DNA of 64,000 nt from a plasmid. Under the pieces are notes generated by a model. That model was not told where the DNA came from and did no database searches. It saw only the letters and a list, made by a program, of their open reading frames with translations. Where the stretch lies: sequence record NZ_CP018188.1; one strand, 5' to 3'. The position numbers and the translations under genes are program-made. Shown here in pieces: positions 10,663 to 19,928 of this stretch. How positions within the stretch are numbered: the stretch's first letter is position 1; the number at the start of each line of letters is the position of its first letter.

Positions 10663-11991
10663 CTACAGGTTATAGGTCTTAAATCTAATTTTTTCTTCTG
10701 GGGAAGCTTTTAAAAGAAAATCATCGATTCCCTTTTCGTGAGGCCAGATTAGAGCACGAACTGTACAAGACTGCTTAGTGACTAGATCTTTAACCATGTC
10801 ATACATACGTTCAAATACCGAGTCATTATCCTCAAAGTCTTGGTCAAATGCAAGATAAATTGGTTTAACCTTTTTGAGTTCAGTCTTTCCGATAAAGTCC
10901 GAGATAGGACGCCATGCTGCTACTCCTGCCATAGAAATAACACAGATGCTACCCAGTTGTGAGAGACGAGTGTTTTTCGCAACCGATGCGGTGATATCCC
11001 CTTTAAGCAGACCTTCAGTAACTAGAAGGTTATCAACCTTACTCATAAGATTGACTTTAGCCTTACCTTCATCAGAAAAGCGTGCTAGTTCTAAAATATC
11101 ATCTGAATAAGCAAAATGTGGAAAGGACTTAGCACTTGTTCCCTCTGGCTTATATGCTGATGATACAAAGACATATTTTTGTCCTTTTTTAAAAGTCAAC
11201 TCAAGTCCAGAACAAAACTTAACACTAGTTTCCTTAGTTGTCCCACTTGCTAGTTCATGTGATGAACCTTTAGCAAACACATACCAATTGAAGGTCCCAT
11301 CGTCATTTTGGAAGACCTTAGCAGTACGTGCATTTCGTCCCTCTTGAAAGCCTTCATTAACTTTAGCTTGATAACTAACGTTATCAAGACGTACTTGAAA
11401 GCCTACAATTTGTCCCCATGAATTGCGACATGGAATTAGGATTCCATCTTTTGATTCAAAAATAGGACATTTTGCGTTTTCGTTCCAGTAGAAGCCAGGA
11501 ACTCCACGCCATGCATCTTTAGGAAGGCCATTTGCAACAAAAAGCTTTTCCCAAATAGTTGCAGGATGAGATACTGTAGTATCAACCTGCTTCTGCCGTG
11601 TCTCTTTTGTCGATGAAGCATATCCACGTAAGGCAATAGTCTCAACAGAAAGACCTCGTTCTGCACTTGTTAAGTGCTTGACATGGTCCTTAGTCAATCC
11701 TAACACATCAATCACAAGAGAGTTCACCTTGTGAAGTGTTGAGATACTTGCCAAGGGCTGACTTTTCCAACTTGGTTCAAAAGTCACCTTTCTGGCTTTA
11801 TTTTTGTCCAATTCATAGATCGTCCCAGCACTACCAAATTGTGGTTTGTCTGGGTCAATCTTTCTAGCACAGACTGCCTTAGTCTGATCTGCAAAAACCA
11901 GACACCAATCTGGTTTTCCACAAATAGGACAAGGGTAATCACGTCCTACGCGAATTAATTCTTGATTTCCAATTGTGATTAGTTTAGTCAT
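10663..11991 (-). CDS. zinc-finger/TOPRIM primase-like protein
   Basis: 442-aa ORF. N-terminal CPICGKPDWC...C zinc-binding motif. C-terminal TOPRIM-like residues LVTEG...IYLAFDQDFEDND. Ribosome-binding site AAAGGAGAAAAAATG. Confidence 0.5.
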   Translation of the reverse strand: MTKLITIGNQELIRVGRDYPCPICGKPDWCLVFADQTKAVCARKIDPDKPQFGSAGTIYELDKNKARKVTFEPSWKSQPLASISTLHKVNSLVIDVLGLTKDHVKHLTSAERGLSVETIALRGYASSTKETRQKQVDTTVSHPATIWEKLFVANGLPKDAWRGVPGFYWNENAKCPIFESKDGILIPCRNSWGQIVGFQVRLDNVSYQAKVNEGFQEGRNARTAKVFQNDDGTFNWYVFAKGSSHELASGTTKETSVKFCSGLELTFKKGQKYVFVSSAYKPEGTSAKSFPHFAYSDDILELARFSDEGKAKVNLMSKVDNLLVTEGLLKGDITASVAKNTRLSQLGSICVISMAGVAAWRPISDFIGKTELKKVKPIYLAFDQDFEDNDSVFERMYDMVKDLVTKQSCTVRALIWPHEKGIDDFLLKASPEEKIRFKTYNL

Positions 11992-12548
11992 TTTTTCTCC
12001 TTTAAAATGTTGTTGTAAAGTTACCTTGGAAAGCCTCGAATACCTATTCGTAGCCTTTCCTCCGCCTACTGACAGTTTAGACTTGGGAACACCTGTTCCT
12101 CGCCTCTAAACATCGAGATGTCGCCTTCCTTTTTTGTCCTTCTACCCAAACTCAAAACAAAAAAAGCATAACAAAGAAGCCGGCAAGCCTTGTCTCAAAA
12201 AACAAGGATGCGCGTGCCTATGGCAAACCATAGGATAAACTTCTCGTTATGCTTAGTTGCTAATAACGTTTGTTGTAGCCTTTCAAAAACTCAAGGCAAA
12301 TTATCTCGTACGTGTTTCAAAGCGTTAAGCCCCTTTTTCTGTCTGATGGCTTAACTGATAGCTAAAAGCGAGTACGCTCCCTTTTAACCCAATTAAACAT
12401 GGTATGCTTTTCACTGGGACAGATCCAGTAATGACATCTCCTCCTCCATGTTTCCTCTTTTCTCTAGTCACGTGACCAAAGATTCACCGTTAGAGGTGTG
12501 GTGAATTGATATAAATTAAACAATTTATGTCTTTAGTATAGCAAAGAG
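11992..12548 (-). repeat. ~555-bp highly structured element, copy L (inverted copy of 43010-43566), directly 5' of the primase-like operon
   Basis: About 88% identical to the reverse complement of 43010-43566. It has many conserved local hairpins (CTTGT..ACAAG, CCTATGG..CCATAGG, GTTAAGCC..GGCTTAAC, AGCG..CGCT) and a long-range complementary pair (CACCTCTAAC ... ATTAGAGGTG). It ends at the ribosome-binding site/ATG of the downstream gene. Confidence 0.6.
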
Positions 12549-12549
12549 A

Positions 12550-13740
12550 AATTAACATTACAAGTTTATCGTTATTCGGATAATAACTTTATATACTGCT
12601 CTCAATTATATTTTTCAATACATTATATATAGCACATGATACATAGCCCATAGTTTACTACACACTATGTATCGTTTGATGGACATAATAAAATAGAGAA
12701 ACAACCCTTTCTTAGTAAAGCTTATACAAGATACAATGTTAAACTATGTATCTTATATCGTGGGCTATTCGAATCAGCCTTTTACTAATTTCTTAATTAC
12801 CTTAAGATGAATAGAATAAAAATAATGTTATATAGTTTTTAAATGTATCGTTCACTATACATAGTGGATAATCCACTATATACTATAGAACTATAGAATA
12901 TATATTATCTACAATACATTATGTATCGCTTTTTCGACTATGATAAGATAGGGAGCAATCTTCACTAGAATATACAAGATACATTATTAAACTATGTATC
13001 TTGTATCGTAGGCTATTCAAACCAAACCTTTTACTAATTTCTCAAATGTCTTAAGATGAATAGAATAATAGTCATATATAGTTTTTCTATGTATCGTTCA
13101 CAATACATCGTAGATTATCCAATATATACTATAAATATATATAATATATATATTTTACAATACATAATGTATCGGGTATTATACAACCTATGGAACATGC
13201 GAATAATTCAAATATATACGATACATTTTTATCTATCTATAGTACATTGATAATATTTATATCGTCTACGATACACTATTAAGTGTGTACGATTCTATAG
13301 TACACTATATGTAGATATACTATGTATATTATATAGTGTAATGTCTCCTGACAAATTATACTTAGTCCGTGAGATAACTAGCAGGTTTTATGTAAACTAT
13401 TTATCTCTACAATATACATAGTATATAATAAAACAGTACATCGTCTTCAATGTATTACCTTTAGGTATATATTGTATCGTGTATTATATATCACTCTAGT
13501 CAAGATTTTATTCTATGTAGTATGATTTCTTTTGACTAGCATATAGTGAACGATACACTATGTATAAGCTATTTTGGAAATAGAGTTATCCACTATGTAC
13601 TATACATAGTTTATCTTGTATTGTTTACGATATATCTTACATACTACTTGATATTAGATTTCTATATGGTATACTTTAAGTAGTTAATTATATGTATCGT
13701 TTTATTATACATAGTGTATCGTATATCGGATTGAAAGGAG
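12550..13740. repeat. AT-rich repeat region upstream of parA: two tandem ~250-bp direct repeats (about 12712-12960 and 12961-13210) plus many short (G/A)ATACATCG / TGTATCG half-sites; candidate centromere (parS-like) / regulatory array
   Basis: Direct alignment of 12722-12895 with 12971-13140. The motifs ATGTATCG and CGATACA recur about 15 or more times on both strands. No convincing ORF (13056..13250 is a repeat artefact). Confidence 0.55.
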
Positions 13741-13745
13741 TAGAT

Positions 13746-14576
13746 ATGGTTGCAAAAACAATCGTAGTCATGGATGAAAAAGGAGGGGCAGCCAAAACAA
13801 CGTTAAGTTTGTTATTGGCTCAAGCTCTAGGAAATGCTGGATATAAAACGTGTGCTGGTGACCTAGACGGCCAGTGCAATCTAACTACAGCAGCAGGAGT
13901 GAATGAAGACGAACAAGAAGGAATCTATTCCGTACTAAAAAAAGAAGTAGACATAGTTGATGCTATTATTCCAGTCGACGGATATGATTTACTTCCAGGT
14001 AGTAAACTAATGAAGAACTGGGAGAGTGAAGCATCTGGTTTAAAAGATAGGGATTTTCGTTTAAGAAACGTTGTTCAAGATATCAATGACTACTATGATT
14101 TTGTACTCTTTGACACACCTCCATTTTTCGGTGTTTCTACAACAAGTACCCTTTTTACAAATTCAAAAGTTTATGTTCTTATTCCTACAACACCAGATAA
14201 GTTTGGTATCGAAGGGGTAAAAGATACCATTGAAGATATTGAAGCTGTTCAAGAAGGATTTTCATTCTTTGGAATTGATATTGTTATAGCAGGAATCGTT
14301 ATAACTCAAGTTGATAAGGGGTCTGGTTTTAGTAAAAAATCTATAAAACAAGTTAAAGCTAGGGAAGCAGTAGCAACACTTGAGAAAATTGCTGAAGAGC
14401 ATAATACTAAAGTTTTTGAACAATACTTGTTTAATAATAAACAATACAAAGATATGATTGCTAATCAAGCAAATGTATTTACCAATACAGGTTATAGCAT
14501 CCCTCAAAAACAAATCACAAATGTTATGAATGAACTAATTAAGACGATTGGAGAACACAATGGCGAAGAAGCTTAA
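13746..14576 (+). CDS. parA: ParA/Soj-family partition ATPase
   Basis: MVAKTIVVMDEKGGAAKTT carries the deviant Walker A KGGxxKT. Ribosome-binding site AAAGGAGTAGATATG. The 13692 start in the track is an upstream in-frame extension. Confidence 0.85.
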   Translation: MVAKTIVVMDEKGGAAKTTLSLLLAQALGNAGYKTCAGDLDGQCNLTTAAGVNEDEQEGIYSVLKKEVDIVDAIIPVDGYDLLPGSKLMKNWESEASGLKDRDFRLRNVVQDINDYYDFVLFDTPPFFGVSTTSTLFTNSKVYVLIPTTPDKFGIEGVKDTIEDIEAVQEGFSFFGIDIVIAGIVITQVDKGSGFSKKSIKQVKAREAVATLEKIAEEHNTKVFEQYLFNNKQYKDMIANQANVFTNTGYSIPQKQITNVMNELIKTIGEHNGEEA

Positions 14577-15084
14577 TACAATCCAACAAAGAAATTATAA
14601 TAACCTTTTAGCAGCAGTAGAATCAAATGACCGCATAACAGCTAAAGAAGTATTTGAACGCTTTTTTAAAGGGAAAGAGATTGAAGAAGTAGTAATTGAT
14701 AAACTTAAGGAAAAGCATGATATTGCCTATCTAACTGAAGAAAGTGTAGAACCAAAAAAAGCCGTTGTTTCTCCTAAAAAAGTAAACACAGTTACTCAGA
14801 AAAAAGAAAAAAACAAAATTCTCACTAAACTGGAGCCAGCTAAAACAGCGGAAGAAAAATCGCGTGCAAATCTCAACATGACACAATTATCAATGTCACG
14901 TTTTTCTGCACTAAGAGCTGTTTTAAACAAAAAAGACCTTAAAGGAGAAAACGGGAATTATCCCAAACGTGGTGGATCTGATAAGCTATTCACTGAGATG
15001 TTAGACCAGATGTATCAACTTCTAGATCCAGAACAAAAGGAGTTGTTTAATACATTGGTAGAAACTGAAATGAGTTTCAAATAG
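14560..15084 (+). CDS. putative partition partner / centromere-binding protein (small, ParB/ParG-like role)
   Basis: Overlaps the parA 3' end. Start MAKKLNTIQ follows GGAGAACACAATG. 174 aa, Lys-rich middle region. The role is inferred from synteny only. Confidence 0.35.
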   Translation: MAKKLNTIQQRNYNNLLAAVESNDRITAKEVFERFFKGKEIEEVVIDKLKEKHDIAYLTEESVEPKKAVVSPKKVNTVTQKKEKNKILTKLEPAKTAEEKSRANLNMTQLSMSRFSALRAVLNKKDLKGENGNYPKRGGSDKLFTEMLDQMYQLLDPEQKELFNTLVETEMSFK

Positions 15085-15333
15085 AATGAATTATTCTTTA
15101 TCATACAAAAGTGTAGGTATTTCTACACTTTTTCTTTTTTAGATTACTTGTAGCTTTTTTTAAAGAACTTATTATGATTTAATGGTCTCAATTACGATTA
15201 AGAATATTTAGTAATAATAGTTTAAATAGTATTAAGTAGTATTAAGTCGTTAAGAATAGTAACTAAGTAGTTAAATATAGTTTAAGTAGTAGAACTCCTG
15301 AAACCCTTGATGTTATTGAGTTTAGCTAAACAT

Positions 15334-15570
15334 TATCCTATAAAACTGTATGTATATCCTACAAAATGGTAGGTATATCCTATAACTTTGCATGAAAGTC
15401 ACACAAAGTTGCATGTTAAGTCTACAAAAGTGTATGTATCTCATATAAAATGGTAGGTGTGTCCTACAAAACGGTAGGTATGTCCTATAAAGTTGTATGT
15501 TAAGTCTACGAAAGTGCATGGATTTCATATAAAATGGTATGTATATCCTACAAAATGGTTGTAAATTTTA
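15334..15570. repeat. iteron array (~11 x ~21-22-bp direct repeats, e.g. ATCCTACAAAATGGTAGGTAT) upstream of rep
   Basis: Visible tandem periodicity: cctataaaactgtatgtat / cctacaaaatggtaggtat / tctacaaaagtgtatgtat / cctacaaaacggtaggtat ... The ORF 15322..15528(-) is a translation artefact of the repeats. Confidence 0.6.
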
Positions 15571-15747
15571 AAAATAACTATGAAAATCAGAAAATTAGTG
15601 GTATAATGTCATACAAAAGGGCTGTAAATTAATATGTTTATACCCTGTCACATATTGCAGTAAGCAATTAGGTTATAGTAAAATAATTACTTTTATTTAA
15701 AATACAACCAATATGTATGATGAATGAACTAAGAGAGGTAGAAGCAT

Positions 15748-17211
15748 TTGGTAGAGAATAGAGAGTTCAGAGAGATCATCAAGTATGATAATAAGTTTAC
15801 CCAAATGTTCCAACTTGGAGACCTTTCGCCTCTTCAAGAAAATATGATTTACTCTATATTTGGTGAGTTGCGAGATGTTTATGACGAAAATGAAGCAGCA
15901 ATATTTTCTTATTCGAGTCTAGCAATGCTAGCAGGAAATACTTTTTTCAGTTCTAGGGAGCAAAAGATTGTTCCTAGGACTGGGAAACGATTTGAAACTA
16001 CAGTTGAGGAACTAGAGGAAAGAATGACTAAAATTGTATATCGACATCCCGAAAAAGTTGTCGATGGTAAGGTAGTCTCTTACACCTCTATTCCACTATT
16101 CAAGACCTTTAGAGTAGACCATGAAAATAAACTCATTAAAATCCACTTGTCTGATGCGGAATACACTGAGTATGAAGAAGTTACTACAGAAGATGGAACA
16201 AAAGTAAAAGTAGAGGTCAAGCGTACAGTTAAAGACCTTTTCAATAACCCTGAGTGGGGTAAAAAAGCTAAGTATATTCAGTATGGGCGTGATTACCATA
16301 ACTTATTGAAGAGTAAGTATTCTAAACGATTATTTAGGCATTTAGCGGACTGGCGTAAAACTGGGTTTGTAAAAGATACAGCTGAAGAGCTTGAACAAGA
16401 AGTTTTGATTTTGGATAGTCCTAGTTTACTTCGTTCAAAGGGGACTAAGCTGCAGCAAGCACTGGATGAAATTAATACGCTATTAGTTGATGAGCATGGC
16501 CTTCCTGTCATACAGGATTTAACAGTAGAGCGAATCAAAAAGGGGAAATCTATTACCCATTATATTTTTAGATTTAAGCCATTCGATGATGATTTGAGAC
16601 GTATTGTTGCCACAAATGATAAAGTCATAACTTTCGAGAAGAAGAAGGAATTGGACATCAAGCGTAAGATGGCTATCGTGATGGAAAAGTTCTACACAAT
16701 CTTTCCTAAAGGAAGTAAAGCAGACAACTACAATAATAAAAATCAACTAAAACATTGGCTTGAAACAATGGATCATGAACTTGTCATTGAGGCATTGGAA
16801 CGAACAGGAAGTGACGGAAACCGTACTTTTGGTTGGACAAGAACCTTGCTTAATAAATGGGAAGTAGCAGGATATACAAAACTTTCAGACTTGAGAGATA
16901 AGCATCCAACTAATAAAGATAATCGCTCATCAAATGTTCCAGACTGGTCTGAGCCAAATTATGAAAATGGAACTGATGACAAAGACCGTTTAAGACTAGT
17001 AGTAGTAGCAGTTAAATCAGCTATTAAAATGGAACTCTCTAAGACGGCAGATGAAGACAATAAGGTAAATATTAAACATTTAGCAGAGAATCTGTTACAA
17101 GAGAAACTGTCTGAACTTAGTGAGAAAGGATTGGAATCACTGTCTGAAAGTCATTTTGAAGAGACGAGAGAACAACTTTTAGCTGAGGTACTGAGTTATT
17201 TTAAAATATAA
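15748..17211 (+). CDS. plasmid-type replication initiator / replisome-organiser protein with DnaD-like C-terminal domain
   Basis: TTG start with ribosome-binding site GAGAGGT. 487 aa. The C-terminus (LETMDHELVIEALERTGSDGNRTFGWTRTLLNKWEVAGYT) resembles the DnaD/DnaB_2 domain of Firmicutes Rep/replisome organisers. It is preceded by iterons. Confidence 0.5.
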   Translation: MVENREFREIIKYDNKFTQMFQLGDLSPLQENMIYSIFGELRDVYDENEAAIFSYSSLAMLAGNTFFSSREQKIVPRTGKRFETTVEELEERMTKIVYRHPEKVVDGKVVSYTSIPLFKTFRVDHENKLIKIHLSDAEYTEYEEVTTEDGTKVKVEVKRTVKDLFNNPEWGKKAKYIQYGRDYHNLLKSKYSKRLFRHLADWRKTGFVKDTAEELEQEVLILDSPSLLRSKGTKLQQALDEINTLLVDEHGLPVIQDLTVERIKKGKSITHYIFRFKPFDDDLRRIVATNDKVITFEKKKELDIKRKMAIVMEKFYTIFPKGSKADNYNNKNQLKHWLETMDHELVIEALERTGSDGNRTFGWTRTLLNKWEVAGYTKLSDLRDKHPTNKDNRSSNVPDWSEPNYENGTDDKDRLRLVVVAVKSAIKMELSKTADEDNKVNIKHLAENLLQEKLSELSEKGLESLSESHFEETREQLLAEVLSYFKI

Positions 17212-17247
17212 CGTCAGATATGTTTTCGTAAATAGATTATACATATA

Positions 17248-17280
17248 ATAGCGATACATCGTGTATCGCTATTTTGTTTT
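17248..17280 (+). terminator. rho-independent terminator of rep (perfect palindrome ATAGCGATACATCGTGTATCGCTAT + T-run)
   Basis: 11-bp stem, 3-nt loop, followed by TTTTGTTTT. The stem carries the same CGATACA/TGTATCG motif that is enriched upstream of parA. Confidence 0.6.
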
Positions 17281-17401
17281 AGAGATTATTTATACTAGTT
17301 AAATCTTAAAAAAACATACATTTTTGTATGATATAATAGGTCTAAAAATATAAGTAGTAAACTTGTAGTTAATTGCTATCAGTGTTGAGAGGAGGGGAAT
17401 C

Positions 17402-18385
17402 ATGTCAAAACAGAAAGATAAATATCTAGCACTTAGAAGGCAATTGCCAGAACTAATAGACGAGTATATGGCTTACCTTCAAGTAGATGTTGAAGAACCT
17501 TCTCCCAAAATGGTTGAACGTTTGTCTGTGATTCAGAAATTTTTAAATAGCTATGCAATTACGATTGATAAAGAGGGTGTCTCATTATCATTGACAGACT
17601 TAGAAAAATTACCACGAGAATTTGTTCAAAAATATTTGGCAAATTTACGTCTGAAGCCAGCGGGAAAAAGATTTATTCTCTATACTTTAGCAGGATTTTG
17701 GAATTATCTTACGAATACCTCTTTTACAATTGAGAGAGGTATGCCGTTGTTTTATCGTAACGTGTTTAATGAATGGAAGATAGTTTATAAAGAGAGTTAC
17801 CACAACATAATATATTCCAAATCAAAGAAGAAGACTATTTTGTATACGCAGCAAGAGCTTGAAGGGCTACTTGATTTCATGGCAAACAGTTATGTTACAA
17901 CTCTACCAACTCAGAAAAAAGCTGATAATTGGGAAAAGGAGAAAGAGCGAAATATTGCTATATTTGCGATCATAATTGGTACTGGAGCAAGTACTCAAGA
18001 AGTTGTTAACTTGACAGTTAGGGATATTGATCTGCGTAAAAAAGGAATTTGGGTTGTTAGGAACAACGAGAAACAGTTTATCCGTTTTCTTCCTTTCACC
18101 ATTCCTTACATAGCTCCATTTGTTAAGGAACGACGTGGACGCTGGGACTTAGACCCTTCTATACCGTCATTATTTTTAACCATGTTGAAAAAGCCTATGG
18201 GGAGAAATACAATAGGTCATCTAGCAAAGAACATTGGACATGCTTATGGTAAGGTAATCACTCCTAGTATTTTAAAAGACAGCCACGCCTCTATTGTTTA
18301 TAAAGAGACAGGTGATATTAAGAAAGTTGCTGAAATTCAAGGATATAGTTTAGATAAGAATCACCTTATAAGATTTATTGATTGA
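17402..18385 (+). CDS. tyrosine recombinase (phage-integrase/Xer family)-like, possible multimer-resolution recombinase
   Basis: 327 aa. N-terminal SAM-like region and C-terminal region ending ...LKDSHASIVYKETGDIKKVAEIQGYS. The catalytic motifs are partly degenerate (HAS instead of HxxR), so activity is uncertain. Confidence 0.45.
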   Translation: MSKQKDKYLALRRQLPELIDEYMAYLQVDVEEPSPKMVERLSVIQKFLNSYAITIDKEGVSLSLTDLEKLPREFVQKYLANLRLKPAGKRFILYTLAGFWNYLTNTSFTIERGMPLFYRNVFNEWKIVYKESYHNIIYSKSKKKTILYTQQELEGLLDFMANSYVTTLPTQKKADNWEKEKERNIAIFAIIIGTGASTQEVVNLTVRDIDLRKKGIWVVRNNEKQFIRFLPFTIPYIAPFVKERRGRWDLDPSIPSLFLTMLKKPMGRNTIGHLAKNIGHAYGKVITPSILKDSHASIVYKETGDIKKVAEIQGYSLDKNHLIRFID

Positions 18386-18411
18386 TAGTATGAACTTATC
18401 TCCAGATTAGT

Positions 18412-18436
18412 TAGAAGGCCACTTAAGGCCTTTTTT
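18412..18436 (+). terminator. rho-independent terminator
   Basis: GAAGGCCACTTAAGGCCTTTTTTAT. Confidence 0.6.
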
Positions 18437-18503
18437 ATGTCACTGGGTTACGAATAGTGACTCCTAAGTCTATAATGAATTTATAGAGAATTATGGAGGT
18501 CTT

Positions 18504-19409
18504 ATGCTTAGAAAAAACAATGAAAAAAGAGGTTGTCTTGGCAGTCTGATTTGGATACCGATAGCTATTGTTGTTATGTTTTGTATAGCTGGATATGGTA
18601 TGTCCCAAGGAATTAATGTACCTGGTATTTTATCTAGTGGCTTTAATGTTATTAGTAAAGGAGAGCATGCCAATTCAAGTGATGTCGGAAAATTATTTGG
18701 GAAATTTATTCCCAAGTCAGAATCGTCGGAAACCGGGACCACTTCTTCTGAAAACAATGGAGTAAAATCAGATACTTTCAGTTATACTCCATTGCTTTTC
18801 GAAAACCATAAGCTAATGGTAAATGGAGATTTGGATAGCCTTGATAGAGCAACATATGGTCACATCAGACTAAAGTATTCAGATAAGCCACAAGATGATA
18901 GGGAAAGTAAAATTAATGTTGATCCAGTCGGCTGGCATAACTATCGTTTTAAGTACGAAGATGAGCACGGAAAAGTCAAAAAAGCTTATCTGATGAATCG
19001 TGGGCATCTTATTGGTTATCAGTTTTCTGGATTAAATTCTGAAATCAAGAATCTAGTGCCAATGACACGCTATTTGAATGCTGGAACGATGTCTGATAGT
19101 AAAACGGATGCTAATAATCCAAACGGTATGCTATACTACGAAAATGCACTAGCCAAATGGTTGAAGAAAAACCAAAATATGTACTTAGATTATTGTGTTG
19201 TTGCAAACTATACTGACAATGAGTTAGTACCTAGGACTGTAACGCTTTACTGGACATCCTTTGATGAAAATGGGACACAATATGGAGTTGAACTATCAGA
19301 AGCAGGATTAGCAACGAGTGATGGAAATGTGAGTTCGGTCACACTTCAGAATGTTTCAAAGAATGCTAACATTAACTATTTAGATGGTACAGCCACAAGT
19401 AATTCCTAA
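18504..19409 (+). CDS. membrane-anchored DNA/RNA non-specific endonuclease (EndA/NucA family)
   Basis: N-terminal transmembrane helix (LGSLIWIPIAIVVMFCIAGY). Catalytic motif NRGHLIGYQFSG (the DRGH motif of the DNA/RNA non-specific endonuclease family). Confidence 0.75.
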   Translation: MLRKNNEKRGCLGSLIWIPIAIVVMFCIAGYGMSQGINVPGILSSGFNVISKGEHANSSDVGKLFGKFIPKSESSETGTTSSENNGVKSDTFSYTPLLFENHKLMVNGDLDSLDRATYGHIRLKYSDKPQDDRESKINVDPVGWHNYRFKYEDEHGKVKKAYLMNRGHLIGYQFSGLNSEIKNLVPMTRYLNAGTMSDSKTDANNPNGMLYYENALAKWLKKNQNMYLDYCVVANYTDNELVPRTVTLYWTSFDENGTQYGVELSEAGLATSDGNVSSVTLQNVSKNANINYLDGTATSNS

Positions 19410-19466
19410 CATTGACTATAGAATGTTTTATGCTACAATAATAATCAGCGTAAGCGTTTGGACACT

Positions 19467-19495
19467 AAGAGGAAGGGGCTATTGCCTCTTTTTTG
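19467..19495 (+). terminator. probable rho-independent terminator after nuclease gene
   Basis: AGAGGaaggggctattgCCTCTTTTTTG. Confidence 0.4.
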
Positions 19496-19519
19496 TTCAT
19501 ATTTTGAAATTTGGTTACT

Positions 19520-19653
19520 AAAGTAAGGGAGGAACATAGTATTGGTTTGTCGCCTGTTCAAGAGAATTAAGGGAAGTACCTTAATTCTTCATTATCAATA
19601 TAATCTAAATATTATTGTTTTAAATAGATGCTAAAAATAGGAGATGTGGTTTG
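19520..19653 (+). pseudogene. remnant of 3' end of an AgrC/ComD-like histidine-kinase gene (duplicate of 22700-22824)
   Basis: Aligns with the last ~130 nt of the intact kinase gene: ...agagaattaagggaagtacc... versus ...agagattttagggaagtaccc..., ending ctaaaaatagGagatgtggtttga. No upstream kinase body. Confidence 0.55.
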
Positions 19654-19672
19654 ATTGAACCATATCTTTTTG
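19642..19672 (+). terminator. rho-independent terminator (copy 1 of duplicated hairpin)
   Basis: AGATGTGGTTTGATTGAACCATATCT plus a T-run. Paralogous to 22812-22843. Confidence 0.5.
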
Positions 19673-19789
19673 TTGTCCTTTGTAACAAATATCTACCCCG
19701 ATATTGGTTTTGTAAAAAACATATATGTTTAGAATAATAGAAAATTTCGGAAAAACAATTTTCTAATCTGATGATAATACTATGTGTAT

Positions 19790-19826
19790 TATATGCGAAT
19801 AAAATATGATAAATTGCTAGTAATGA
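19790..19826 (+). promoter_or_regulatory. candidate LytTR-type direct repeats (TGCGAATAAA ... 21 bp ... TGCTAGTAAT) in promoter of truncated YSIRK gene
   Basis: Two imperfect 10-bp direct repeats with 21-bp start-to-start spacing, about 100 bp upstream of the ATG. The same arrangement occurs upstream of the intact paralogue. Confidence 0.3.
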
Positions 19827-19928
19827 CAATTTTTTAACTATTTATGATTTATAACAATTTGATAGATATAGTCATGTTGAACTCTTCTGCATAGGGAAGA
19901 GTTATGAAAAAGACTAGGAGATATTATT

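Noticed and set aside
15322-15528. 68-aa minus-strand ORF and 13056..13250 plus-strand ORF in the repeat regions
   Set aside because: Their peptides are periodic translations of the iterons (15322..15528) or of the AT-rich par repeats (13056..13250). There is no ribosome-binding site and they lie in non-coding repeat DNA.
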